Source: a virus
Taxonomy: Duplodnaviria; Caudoviricetes
DNA: 64,000 nt
Direction: 5' to 3' (one strand)
Virus record (IMG/VR): IMGVR_UViG_3300037483_000648
Coordinates: 708-64,707 of that record
Shown: positions 54,167 through 63,690 of the stretch, piece by piece
Position numbering within the stretch: position 1 is the first letter of the stretch
Layout: every line of letters starts with the position of its first letter
Notes under the pieces: generated by a model
Told to the model about the DNA's origin: nothing
The model's database searches: none
Seen by the model: only the letters and a program-made list of their open reading frames with translations
Made by a program: the position numbers and the translations under genes

Positions 54167-54703
54167 TTATCTTAACATATTTTTAATTTCGTCAACAGCC
54201 TTCCAGTATCTTGGCCAGCTCCACATTAAAGTCTCTCGGCAATGTTCTTTTAACTGCTTCCTGACTTCCCGAGCTGTTCCCATGCTACTGTCGGCCCACT
54301 TGGTTCGCCTGGTAGTTCTATTCGTCTCACATAACAAGCAATTTACCAAAGCCTTGGCATCGTCACCCAAATGCCTTAACTCATCTCTGAACTCTGCAAT
54401 TTGCTCGGGCTGGGTACCACCACTCAATTCGGCCAATTCACTTTCCGGAACAAACTCAACCTTCTTCTTTTTCTTGCCAAACCTTTTCTTTTGTTGCAGG
54501 TTGTGCCACAGCCAGGTGGAGAATTGCCCTTGCTCCGGGTCGTGGGTCTTAACCGCTTTCAGGAAAGGCTCAACCGCTTCTCCTTCATTGACAACTTCGT
54601 CGTATCCTAATATCTTAATCATCATTCCTGTGTGGTCTTGGTAGGCTGGTTGCAGGTTCATTTTCTTTTTCTCCATGGTGGTGGAATGATTAAGACTATC
54701 CAA
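54167..54703 (-). CDS. Sigma-70-like transcription factor
   Basis: FLKAVKTHDPEQGQFSTWLW resembles sigma region 2; true start probably downstream of the ORF-track start. Confidence 0.55.
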   Translation of the reverse strand: MDSLNHSTTMEKKKMNLQPAYQDHTGMMIKILGYDEVVNEGEAVEPFLKAVKTHDPEQGQFSTWLWHNLQQKKRFGKKKKKVEFVPESELAELSGGTQPEQIAEFRDELRHLGDDAKALVNCLLCETNRTTRRTKWADSSMGTAREVRKQLKEHCRETLMWSWPRYWKAVDEIKNMLR

Positions 54704-54941
54704 TTAATTTAAATTCGTTATTCCAAATATCACTAACCCCTAAACCCTCACAACAACTGTAGGAATTGTAGGAATTATTGTATTTATTATTTTGCGCAGC
54801 CTTATAGTCATCAATATTGATCCAGGTAATCATAAACTCTGTTCCAACGGGTATTGTTTCAATTGCCGAACCACTAATTTCTTTGGTGGTTATTGCCTTA
54901 ATTCTTACTGGTATACGGGTTCCTCCCATGATATCCTCCAA
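54696..54941 (-). CDS. Hypothetical protein
   Basis: Up to 81 aa; GGAGG RBS before MGGTRIP. Confidence 0.5.
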   Translation of the reverse strand: MEDIMGGTRIPVRIKAITTKEISGSAIETIPVGTEFMITWINIDDYKAAQNNKYNNSYNSYSCCEGLGVSDIWNNEFKLIG

Positions 54942-55121
54942 TCAAATAAGTTCAAAAAGATAATCAGGCTCAAGCCCAAACCACTCTTCGCAGATGTCGT
55001 ATGTATCTTCACCCCGGATCAATCTCTCATCCATATCATCTTTGGCTTGCAAGATAAGTTCGTCTGCTGCTTCTGCCGACATTCCATCCCGGCGCATTAG
55101 GATTTGCTTGATTGTTTCCAT
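54942..55121 (-). CDS. Phage hypothetical protein (59 aa, not in ORF track)
   Basis: AAGGAG RBS; METIKQILMRRDGM...FGLEPDYL. Confidence 0.6.
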   Translation of the reverse strand: METIKQILMRRDGMSAEAADELILQAKDDMDERLIRGEDTYDICEEWFGLEPDYLFELI

Positions 55122-55140
55122 TATAATTTCTCCTTTTTAA

Positions 55141-55353
55141 TTAAAAAAATTCAACACCGTATCTACCGCTATTACATTTGGTAAGTGTTGGTAATTTAGG
55201 AAACAATAATTTTATCGCTTTTATTGCAGTCTTTTTGTTATCGAATGTAATCGCAGTATAATGGAAGACAGAGAATCCATATTCAATTTCATATTCAATG
55301 TTGTTTTGTTTTAATATTAAATATGCTTTTTGTAAGTTCATAATATTCTCCAA
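55141..55353 (-). CDS. Hypothetical early protein
   Basis: 70-aa ORF. Confidence 0.45.
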   Translation of the reverse strand: MENIMNLQKAYLILKQNNIEYEIEYGFSVFHYTAITFDNKKTAIKAIKLLFPKLPTLTKCNSGRYGVEFF

Positions 55354-55420
55354 GGTTTAATTGATCTAAACATCCACACCAACCCACCGATATTTTGATG
55401 GGCTGAGATTGAGGTTTAGA

Positions 55421-55603
55421 TTATTTACAATCCAAATCTTTCCTTCTGATAACGGTAATATTATTTCCAGAGAAAGGAGCCAATAAACTTTTTTTCGTTT
55501 TGTGCATTCCAGTGGTGAAGTTTTTACCATCATCAAAAGTTACTTTTGCTCTCCAAGTAAGTGATTTATTTATCCACGCATCTTTGAATATTTCTACTTT
55601 CAT
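55421..55603 (-). CDS. Hypothetical early protein
   Basis: 60 aa; AAGGAG RBS preceded by hairpin 55618-55637. Confidence 0.55.
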   Translation of the reverse strand: MKVEIFKDAWINKSLTWRAKVTFDDGKNFTTGMHKTKKSLLAPFSGNNITVIRRKDLDCK

Positions 55604-55644
55604 GGTTTATTCTCCTTGCCCGGCTGTTACACCGGGCTGGTTGG

Positions 55645-55959
55645 TTAATTGTAGTAGCGGATGTATTCTGGGCCAGCTTGGACCGTTCCGATATTTCCGT
55701 CAAAATCAAGTCTATCATCCCCATAAATATCTTTTCCTGTGACAACATTGATATCTTTCAACTCTTGCATATAAGGGTTGATAATCCAGCAGTAATTATC
55801 AGTAATTCCCATTCCAAACATTCTGTAATATTTACCTTCATATTTATACAGATTTCGGCCGACTTGATTATTATTGATATCATTGATTGAGATAATTTTC
55901 ATTTTGTTCTCCTCATTTAGTGTTTCGACCTTGCATTGGTCATCTTCAGTATGTTGCAT
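55645..55959 (-). CDS. Hypothetical early protein
   Basis: Up to 104 aa, likely start MKIISIND. Confidence 0.5.
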   Translation of the reverse strand: MQHTEDDQCKVETLNEENKMKIISINDINNNQVGRNLYKYEGKYYRMFGMGITDNYCWIINPYMQELKDINVVTGKDIYGDDRLDFDGNIGTVQAGPEYIRYYN

Positions 55960-56109
55960 TTACATAGACACTCGGATTCATTTCTTGAGGTTTCGCATTT
56001 GGCGCCTTATATCTCAATAGGCTTCTTTTCGGCTGGCCTTTCCTTTTTTGTTTTTTTGTCTGTTTTGTTGCTCTCCTTGGTTGGTGTCAATCTCTTTACT
56101 CTTAATTGA

Positions 56110-56138
56110 ATAGTAATCCATTACATAAAATATGTAAA
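56110..56138 (-). promoter_or_regulatory. Sigma-70 promoter for the - arm overlapped by a palindrome
   Basis: TTTACA-N17-TACTAT; TTACAT-AAAAT-ATGTAA inverted repeat at 56121-56137. Confidence 0.6.
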
Positions 56139-56259
56139 GCCTTTTTATTAAATAAATTAAAAAAAAGATTTAAAGTTGAATTTATTTATAACTATTTAAA
56201 ATAATACAACAAAACACCACCAAAAATTACCCAAATTTACCCCTATCTCAAAAAAAATA

Positions 56260-56288
56260 TTACAGAGCCTTAAAATTTTGTGTATAAT
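56260..56288 (+). promoter_or_regulatory. Candidate promoter for the late (+) arm
   Basis: TTACAG-N17-TATAAT in the AT-rich divergent gap upstream of terS. Confidence 0.4.
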
Positions 56289-56348
56289 AGATAAAAAATT
56301 TATATAAATTTTTCTGGTCAACTCAAACTAAATAGGAAACAATCAAGT

Positions 56349-57068
56349 GTGAAGAGAACTAAACCACCTACCCCACCTAAACCGCTCCCTAAACAAAAAA
56401 TGCCCTGGAAATCTTCAGCTAAGGGCAAAAAACTCACTACCGCCAAGCAGCGCACCAAGAGGATGAATAAGCTTACTGGCGCTAAAGACAATCCTCAATA
56501 CGCTGACCTGCTTAACTCTCAACGATTCTGGGAGGCCAAATCAACATTCGGAAGAAATCCAACATTCGAGACTCCGGAAGATTTAGCTAAGGCATGTACT
56601 CAATATTTTATATGGGTAGAGGAACACCCCTTCTATGAGTTTAAAGTAGTAGGAACACACTTTGGTGAGGCTATAATAGAGAATATCCCCAAGAAGAGGC
56701 CAATGACTCAAGTCTCCCTCTGCTTATTCCTTGATATCTCTCAGGTTTCTTGGTTAAACTATAGGAAAAAGTCACCAGATTTTCTTAGAGTCGTAGATAT
56801 GGCAATGGATGTTATCAAGGAACAGAAGTTTAGCGGAGCTGCTGCAGGCTTCTTTAATACCAATATCATATGCAGAGACTTAGGGTTAATAGATAAGAAG
56901 GATGTAACCTCTGATGGTAAAGCTATCCAGGGTAATACTACCGTGATAAATAAAATAGACTTGTCCGGTCTTACTACGGTGGAGTTAAAGAGCCTGGAAG
57001 GGCTGGCAACTAAACTGTTTGAGAGTAATAAGGAAGTGACTGAGTTTGAAGAGGAGCACAGAAACTAA
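56349..57068 (+). CDS. terS: Terminase small subunit (P22 gp3-like)
   Basis: GRNPTFETPEDL..AC..YF.W, KRPMT, GAAAGFFN.NII.RDLGL. Confidence 0.85.
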   Translation: MKRTKPPTPPKPLPKQKMPWKSSAKGKKLTTAKQRTKRMNKLTGAKDNPQYADLLNSQRFWEAKSTFGRNPTFETPEDLAKACTQYFIWVEEHPFYEFKVVGTHFGEAIIENIPKKRPMTQVSLCLFLDISQVSWLNYRKKSPDFLRVVDMAMDVIKEQKFSGAAAGFFNTNIICRDLGLIDKKDVTSDGKAIQGNTTVINKIDLSGLTTVELKSLEGLATKLFESNKEVTEFEEEHRN

Positions 57069-57274
57069 TGCTTGATACTGATCTTATAGACTACGAGACA
57101 GCAGCATTCAATATATTCCTGATTGGTGAGCTATTAGGCATTGACCTACCTACTACTCCTATACAGACAGAAAGATACCTGATCAATATAAAAGAACGGA
57201 TAAAGCGTCAGCAAAAGCAAATAACCGCTGTCAAGAAACTTAAAGAAGCGCTGGATGGATTAAACATCATATAA
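57068..57274 (+). CDS. Hypothetical protein
   Basis: 68 aa, TAATG coupled. Confidence 0.5.
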   Translation: MLDTDLIDYETAAFNIFLIGELLGIDLPTTPIQTERYLINIKERIKRQQKQITAVKKLKEALDGLNII

Positions 57275-57275
57275 A

Positions 57276-57476
57276 TTGGAGAATGGCATGATAGTTTGTG
57301 GGTGCAACAGAGCAGGGAAAGTAAATTGTAATGATGATCTCTGTTCTAAGCATAAAGAAATAAAACCATCAAAAACTTATTATACTCCATGGCGGGTTAA
57401 TGCTGTATGTACTGGCTCATTAAGAGCAGCAATAGATTATGCCAACTCCCTTAATTGGGGAGATGAAGATAAATAA
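57276..57476 (+). CDS. Hypothetical protein
   Basis: Up to 66 aa, Cys-containing. Confidence 0.45.
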   Translation: MENGMIVCGCNRAGKVNCNDDLCSKHKEIKPSKTYYTPWRVNAVCTGSLRAAIDYANSLNWGDEDK

Positions 57477-59042
57477 ATGAAACAACCTCTTGACAACCAT
57501 CCAGCGCTTAGAACTATAGTAAGCAATCCCGAGTTACTCCGTGCTGAGTTGTGTCGTCGAGACTTCTACTATTTTGTTCAAGAGTTTTGGGATACCATCA
57601 TCCCTGAAGAACCAGTTTGGAATTGGCATATGCAATACATCTGCCAAGAGATGGAAAAGACATTTGTTACTGTAATAAACCGTCAAGAAAAAGAATACGA
57701 CTTAGTTATTAATATATCCCCAGGAACAAGTAAATCAACTATCTGTACTGTAATGTTCAACGCCTGGGTGTGGATAGCCAGAAACCCTCTTCAACACAAG
57801 AGGAAGCAAAAGGATGGTTCATATATAGACTGGCTCGGTGCTGATCTAAGGTTTATGACCGGATCTTATAACCAAGCCCTCTCCTTAGAACATGCGGAAT
57901 TGACCAGGGATCTTATTTGGTCCGATAAATACAAAAGATACTTCCCTGAATTAGAGATACGACCAGACAAGAGCATGAAGTCCAATTTCAAAAATACCAA
58001 CAACGGCACCCGCTTCTCCACGGCTGTCGGCGCAACTGGTACTGGACTTCATGCTCATTTTATTATTATTGATGATCCGGTCAACCCTAAACAGTCTTTA
58101 TCTGATACAGAAAGGGATAGTGCTAATAGGTGGATGGATCAAACCTTATCAACCAGGAAAGTAGATAAGAAGGTTACTGTAACCATTCTGATTATGCAGA
58201 GACTTCATAAAGACGATCCTACAGGAAATGTAGTTCAGAAGAGTACCAAACTTAAACATATAGTACTTCCTGCATCCACAGAGTACGAGATTAAGCCACC
58301 TTCCCTCAAGAAGTTCTATAAGAATGGTTTGATGGATCCAGTTCGATTAGATCACTCTGTATTAAAAGAGAACAAGACCAAACTTGGTTCATACGGGTTT
58401 GCCGGGCAGTTCGGCCAATCCCCTAAGCCAAGAGAAGGGGCAATGTTTGACGAGAATTACTTTGAGATAGTAAATGCTGTGCCAGAAGGTGGTACTGTAT
58501 GGGTAAGAGGATGGGATCTTGCTGCTACCACTGCTCAAGAAGCAAAGTCAAGTAATGGCCCTGCTTATACAGCTGGTGTATTGATGAAGCAAGGACCAGA
58601 CGGACTTTACTATATAGGACACGCCAAGCATTTTAGGAAGACACCAGAAGGGGTAAGGCGCTCTATCAGGAATACAGCCAGCCAAGACCCCATAGGAACG
58701 ATAATTGACTTACCTCAAGACCCAGGCCAGGCAGGAAAGAGCCAGGTTAAATCATTTGTTACTTATCTCCCTGAATATAACGTTAAGTATTCCACTGAGT
58801 CAGGTGATAAGGTGTTGAGGGCTGAACCACTATCTGCTCAATGTGAGGCCGGGAATGTAAAAATATTGAAAGGGAATTGGAATACTGAGTTTTTGGATGA
58901 AATAGGTTTCTTCCCTAATGGCTTTAAAGATTTTGTTGATGCAATGAGTCGGGCATATAGTCGGGTTATTAAAGTGGCCAAGATGGGTCAAGGAACTGTG
59001 GGCGGTTGCGCTGGAGTTCCAAATTCTAGACAAGACCAATAG
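57477..59042 (+). CDS. terL: Terminase large subunit
   Basis: INISPGTSKS, IIIDDP, IMQRLH, WDLA, FPNG.KD.VDA. Confidence 0.95.
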   Translation: MKQPLDNHPALRTIVSNPELLRAELCRRDFYYFVQEFWDTIIPEEPVWNWHMQYICQEMEKTFVTVINRQEKEYDLVINISPGTSKSTICTVMFNAWVWIARNPLQHKRKQKDGSYIDWLGADLRFMTGSYNQALSLEHAELTRDLIWSDKYKRYFPELEIRPDKSMKSNFKNTNNGTRFSTAVGATGTGLHAHFIIIDDPVNPKQSLSDTERDSANRWMDQTLSTRKVDKKVTVTILIMQRLHKDDPTGNVVQKSTKLKHIVLPASTEYEIKPPSLKKFYKNGLMDPVRLDHSVLKENKTKLGSYGFAGQFGQSPKPREGAMFDENYFEIVNAVPEGGTVWVRGWDLAATTAQEAKSSNGPAYTAGVLMKQGPDGLYYIGHAKHFRKTPEGVRRSIRNTASQDPIGTIIDLPQDPGQAGKSQVKSFVTYLPEYNVKYSTESGDKVLRAEPLSAQCEAGNVKILKGNWNTEFLDEIGFFPNGFKDFVDAMSRAYSRVIKVAKMGQGTVGGCAGVPNSRQDQ

Positions 59043-59048
59043 AGAATA

Positions 59049-59240
59049 ATGATGAAAAAACAATATGTTTCCTTTTTGGGGTTGAATATTGATTCAACAA
59101 TAAATACTGAAGATATTGCAGAGACTAAAAAAATATTAGAACTTAACTCAAAGAAACCTAATACAATGACTGTTTTTTGCGAAGAAACTTTTAATGTGCT
59201 GGTTAATCATCCAAAATTAAAAGAATATAATGCTAGCTAA
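59049..59240 (+). CDS. Hypothetical protein
   Basis: 63 aa between terL and portal. Confidence 0.45.
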   Translation: MMKKQYVSFLGLNIDSTINTEDIAETKKILELNSKKPNTMTVFCEETFNVLVNHPKLKEYNAS

Positions 59241-60729
59241 CAACTTTATAGAAGATTCAAACCGACAACCGCCTATAGACAACGTCAAGCAAGACCATAT
59301 GGCCATTGCTGGTGTTGCTGGTGTCAAGATATCTACAGGCTTTGTTCACGACGAATTCATTATTAAACTGGTTGGGGAAAGGGGCAGGCGAATCTACAGA
59401 GAGATGCGGGATAATGACGCTACTGTAGGAGCTATCCTGTTTGCCGTAGAGATGTTACTAAGAGCTGCTAAGTGGAGAGTAGAGCCAAAAGAAGATGCCG
59501 AGATAGAAGATGCAGACACTAGTAATGAAGAGAAAGTGGTTGATGTATCTGCTGGTATAAAAGATCACGATTCGGCTGTAGCATTTGTTGAGGGCGTTCT
59601 ATTTAATGATATGTGCCATACCTGGGATGACTTTGTGGCTAATATCCTGACCATGCTCCCTTATGGCTGGCAATGGACAGAGGTATGTTACAAGAGACGA
59701 AACGGTATAACAAATGATCAAAAGACCACCTCTTTATTTGATGATGGGCTAATAGGCATATACAAGTTAGCTGACCGCTCCCAAGAAACACTTGATAGAT
59801 GGGATATGGATGAATCCGGCTGTATCTTCGGAATGTGGCAAGAAGGGCCGAATGGTGGTAATCTTCGCTATATCCCAATGGAAAAGAGCCTACACTTCAG
59901 ACCACACCCTTTTAAAGATTCTCCTGAAGGCCGCTCTGTTCTGCGTGCTGCTTATCGCTCTTGGTACTTCCTGAAGAACATCCAGGAAATTGAGGCGATT
60001 GCTATAGAAAGAGAGTTGAACGGTCTTCCTGTAGTTTATATCCCCTCTGCTATTCTTAATGGTACTTCTACAGAAGCCAAGGCAGCTGTTGAGACATATA
60101 AGAAGATGGTCAGAGATGTTAAATTCAATGAACAGGGTGGGATTGTCCTGCCCTCTGACCCTTTCTATAATAGTGAGGGTGATCCCGGAACTATAAGACA
60201 AGTTGAGTTTGCCCTAGTAAATGCCAATGGTACAAGAGCTGTTGATACAGATAAGGTTATTAAGCGGTACCAGGGTGATATAGCCAGAACAATACTTGCT
60301 CAGTTTATCTTGATGAGCCAGTCTGGCAGTAAAGGCGGGTATGCTCAATCTGAGAATGAAACAGATATATTCCTGAGAGCAGCAGAAGGGTGGCTTGAGT
60401 CAATAGCGGCTACAATTAACAGACAACTTATCCCTAAACTCTGGCAGTTGAATGGGCTGGATCAAGAGTATATGCCCCATGTAGTTCCCGGTCAGCTCAA
60501 ACCTGAAAACATTGGTGTACTTGGTGACTTTATCCAAAAGCTGAGTGGTGCTGGTATGATGTTTACTGATATTGATACAGAGAATCATCTGAGAGAGCTG
60601 GCTGGGCTACCTGCTGTAAGCGAAGAAACAAGGGATGAAATAAACTTTGATAATGAGCCGATTAATCCTGACCCGACTAAACCAGTTAATGCTAAACCAA
60701 ATACCGAATTGATTGAGGAAGAGGATTAA
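59230..60729 (+). CDS. Portal protein (DUF935/Mu gp29-like)
   Basis: YREMRDND, PEGRSVLRAAYRSW, ERELNGLP, TILAQF. Confidence 0.9.
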   Translation: MLANNFIEDSNRQPPIDNVKQDHMAIAGVAGVKISTGFVHDEFIIKLVGERGRRIYREMRDNDATVGAILFAVEMLLRAAKWRVEPKEDAEIEDADTSNEEKVVDVSAGIKDHDSAVAFVEGVLFNDMCHTWDDFVANILTMLPYGWQWTEVCYKRRNGITNDQKTTSLFDDGLIGIYKLADRSQETLDRWDMDESGCIFGMWQEGPNGGNLRYIPMEKSLHFRPHPFKDSPEGRSVLRAAYRSWYFLKNIQEIEAIAIERELNGLPVVYIPSAILNGTSTEAKAAVETYKKMVRDVKFNEQGGIVLPSDPFYNSEGDPGTIRQVEFALVNANGTRAVDTDKVIKRYQGDIARTILAQFILMSQSGSKGGYAQSENETDIFLRAAEGWLESIAATINRQLIPKLWQLNGLDQEYMPHVVPGQLKPENIGVLGDFIQKLSGAGMMFTDIDTENHLRELAGLPAVSEETRDEINFDNEPINPDPTKPVNAKPNTELIEEED

Positions 60730-60866
60730 TGACTACAAAACTGCTCAAACTCCTGCTCGGTATATTAATATTGGCTGGTGAACTTGATTCAGGAAAGAGT
60801 TATATGAGTCGGGATATTGTAGAAGCGGCAGAAAGTTATTGTAAAGAATTTCTTGAGAAAGAGTAA
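60729..60866 (+). CDS. Small hypothetical protein (45 aa, not in ORF track)
   Basis: TAATG coupled; MTTKLLKLLLGILILAG... Confidence 0.4.
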   Translation: MTTKLLKLLLGILILAGELDSGKSYMSRDIVEAAESYCKEFLEKE

Positions 60867-60869
60867 ATA

Positions 60870-61844
60870 ATGGCCATTTCCCCCTTTATCTTAGAAGCAA
60901 ACAAATATGAGCCAAAGATGCGCTCTGCTTTGATAAAGGCATTTAATGAATTGCGTACTCAGGAATCAAGGGCAGCTATTGTAAGGGCCCTACAGGAAGG
61001 CGGGATTGATGCTGTAATGAGAATGTATGAGAATATTGAGCCAAAGATTGCCGCTCAACTCTCTCCCGTAATTGATCAGGCATTAGGTGCTGGGGCTTCT
61101 CTTCCGGCAACCATGATACCTGCAGGTGCTTTCTTGAATAAAGATGTGATGGTGAGTTTATATAATCAGGCCACAGTTGCTTTTCTGGAAAGGTACAAAC
61201 TGGATTTGATTCAACAGATAGGAAGGAACACGAGAGAGGCTGTACGAACATCTTTGATAGCTGACCAGATAGCTGGTATTAATCCTGTAGAGACTGCAAG
61301 GAATTTCCGCAATACTTTAGGCCTCACAGTAAAACAGGAGCAAAGTGTAAGGAACTATAAGTCATACCTCGAACAGCTTGACAAGCAAGCATTACAGCGA
61401 CAATTAAGGGATAAGAGGCACGATTCTATCATCAGTAGGGCTATTGCTGATCAAAAACCCCTTTCTCCTGAGCAGATAGAGAAGATGACCAACCGTTACA
61501 GGGAAAGATATATCAAGCACCGGGCTGAGACTATTGCCAGGACAGAAGCACTAAGGGCTGTGTCAATAGGTAATAGGGCCGCACTTGATCAGATGATTAA
61601 TAATGCTGATGTAGATACAGAGAAGCTGAGACGGTTTTGGCATTATACCGGAGATAGTCGGACCAGGCAGGCACACAGAGAGATTCCTGGTATGAATCCC
61701 GATGGAAGGAAACTGGATGAGCCTTTTCAAACACCGCTTGGCCCGTTGATGTTTCCGCGTGATCCTAATGGGACTGCTGAGAATACCATTAAGTGCAGAT
61801 GTGTTGAGTTTTATAGATTGATATTAGATAAACCAAAAAGGTAA
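60870..61844 (+). CDS. Head morphogenesis protein (Mu F/SPP1 gp7-like)
   Basis: RAETIARTE, W....D.RTR..H, FPRDP.G.AE.TIKCRC. Confidence 0.9.
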   Translation: MAISPFILEANKYEPKMRSALIKAFNELRTQESRAAIVRALQEGGIDAVMRMYENIEPKIAAQLSPVIDQALGAGASLPATMIPAGAFLNKDVMVSLYNQATVAFLERYKLDLIQQIGRNTREAVRTSLIADQIAGINPVETARNFRNTLGLTVKQEQSVRNYKSYLEQLDKQALQRQLRDKRHDSIISRAIADQKPLSPEQIEKMTNRYRERYIKHRAETIARTEALRAVSIGNRAALDQMINNADVDTEKLRRFWHYTGDSRTRQAHREIPGMNPDGRKLDEPFQTPLGPLMFPRDPNGTAENTIKCRCVEFYRLILDKPKR

Positions 61845-61846
61845 TA

Positions 61847-62284
61847 ATGAATATACAAAAACAAGGCAAGCTCCAGATAACCAAAGTTGATACCGAGAAC
61901 CGGATGGTGTTTGGCTTCTTCAACGTCAACAAGATTGGTGATGAATTGGTTGAGGATCTCCAACAGGACACCATCGAGACAGAAGAGCTGGAGAAAGCCG
62001 CCTATGACTTCGTGCTCAATGCCAGGATAGCAGGAGAGAGCCATTTACGCAAGGGTGTAGGTAATCTGGTTGAGTCAATGATGTTCACTTACGAGAAAGA
62101 GCAAGCTATCCTGAAGACGCTTGAGCAGATCGGCATTAAAGATGCTCAATTCTCTCTTGGTGTAGAAGGGTGGTGGGGTGGCTTCCAGATTACTGACGAG
62201 GAAGTATTGGCAAAGATTGACAAAGGCGATTACCCTATGTTTTCTGTTGGTGGAAAAGCGGAACAACGGATTGAGGAAGAATAA
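61847..62284 (+). CDS. XkdF-like putative prohead serine protease
   Basis: VFGF...D.Q.D.I..EELEKAAYDF...H...VES...WW.GF...FSVGG. Confidence 0.8.
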   Translation: MNIQKQGKLQITKVDTENRMVFGFFNVNKIGDELVEDLQQDTIETEELEKAAYDFVLNARIAGESHLRKGVGNLVESMMFTYEKEQAILKTLEQIGIKDAQFSLGVEGWWGGFQITDEEVLAKIDKGDYPMFSVGGKAEQRIEEE

Positions 62285-63213
62285 TGGTAAAGAGAACAAG
62301 AAAGAAGGGAACGTTAAAAGGTTTGTCATTTGACGAAGTTTCCTTTGTTGGTCAAGGGGCAAACCAGAATGCACATATCTCCATTATCAAGATGGCAGAT
62401 GAAAATAGTCAAGAAGAATTTGTCCAAGTCGATACCTCCAAGGTAAAAGGCACGGACGCAATAAAGTCGGATAAAGACATCGTGTCTGTTTCCGTCGAAT
62501 CAAAAACAAATACGGAGGTAAACGAAGTGGAAAAAGGAATTTTGTTTTACAAGGCAATGGCCGGGATTACTGACGAGCAGAAAGCAATTTATACTGCCCT
62601 GAAAGAAGCAGATCAAGAAGTAATCCTGAAATCAGCAACCAAAGACGACGAAATTGACGTTGAATTGTTTGCCAAATCAATCGATGCCAAGAAAGTAACC
62701 AAGAAGCGTACCCAAAGCGCCGACGAGTCTTTCGAAATGGACGGTGAGACGATTTCTAAATCAGTAGTAGGTGAAGCTGCCTACAAACTATTAAAAGCGC
62801 AGGGCGCTAAGATGGAAGCTCTTGAGAAGCAGGCCGCAGATGACCGGGCTATTGCTAAAGAAGAGCGTGATGCACGTATTCTCAAAGAGTTGTCTGAGGA
62901 AGCTGTCAAACTCTGGCCGAATCTCCCTGGTACTGCTGTAGAGAAAGGAGAAACTCTCCGTGCTATTCGCGCTCTCCCTGAGAATCTTCAAAAGGCTCAA
63001 ATGGCGATGCTGGCTGCTGGTAATGTATCCTCCTCCAAGCTGTTCAAGGAAGCTGGTCACGGTGGGCAAGGCGATGATCTGGATGCAAACGGTAAATTGA
63101 CCAAACTGGCTAAAGAGCACGCCGAGAAAACAGGAGTGGATTTTCATAAAGCATATACGGAAATCCTTGATACTCCGGTCGGCAAACAACTGTACGAAGA
63201 AAGCCTGAATTAA
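62284..63213 (+). CDS. Scaffold-like head protein
   Basis: N-terminal L..LSFDEVSFV.QGAN..A.I.I.K, helical body, position before cement and capsid genes. Confidence 0.65.
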   Translation: MVKRTRKKGTLKGLSFDEVSFVGQGANQNAHISIIKMADENSQEEFVQVDTSKVKGTDAIKSDKDIVSVSVESKTNTEVNEVEKGILFYKAMAGITDEQKAIYTALKEADQEVILKSATKDDEIDVELFAKSIDAKKVTKKRTQSADESFEMDGETISKSVVGEAAYKLLKAQGAKMEALEKQAADDRAIAKEERDARILKELSEEAVKLWPNLPGTAVEKGETLRAIRALPENLQKAQMAMLAAGNVSSSKLFKEAGHGGQGDDLDANGKLTKLAKEHAEKTGVDFHKAYTEILDTPVGKQLYEESLN

Positions 63214-63272
63214 TACTCCGGCTGAACTGTAACAATAAATTGTAAGTAAATAATTCAAAAGGAGTACAAATA

Positions 63273-63647
63273 ATGTCTGAAAGAAACAAAAAGTGTTTGT
63301 CTTTTCCTGTTCTCGGTGATCAGAAAGGCAATATGTACAAGTTCATGAAAGGGAATACCGATGGCCAAGTTCTGCTTAACGATGTTGCCGGTGGTGCTTG
63401 TGTTGGTGTACTTGATACCGTAGATGGTGATGCAACCGGAAAAGTTGTCCCTGTAGCCTATGAAGGAGTTGTCCGTGTTCTTTTAGGGGCAACTGTTGCA
63501 AAAATGGCATTAGTTGCTTCCACTAATACTGGCCTGGCTACAACTGCTACTGGTGGCGACTATGTACAGGGTTTGTGTATTGTCGGCGGGGATAGCGGTG
63601 ATCTTGGTGAAGTATTGCTTTATCAGAACGCTCAGTTAAACGCATAA
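63273..63647 (+). CDS. Capsid cement/decoration protein (DUF2190-like)
   Basis: 124 aa, Gly/Ala/Val-rich; GVL...V...GVVRV.LG pattern. Confidence 0.75.
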   Translation: MSERNKKCLSFPVLGDQKGNMYKFMKGNTDGQVLLNDVAGGACVGVLDTVDGDATGKVVPVAYEGVVRVLLGATVAKMALVASTNTGLATTATGGDYVQGLCIVGGDSGDLGEVLLYQNAQLNA

Positions 63648-63690
63648 TCAATTTTCAATAATTTTTAACAATATATAAGGAGTACAAACA

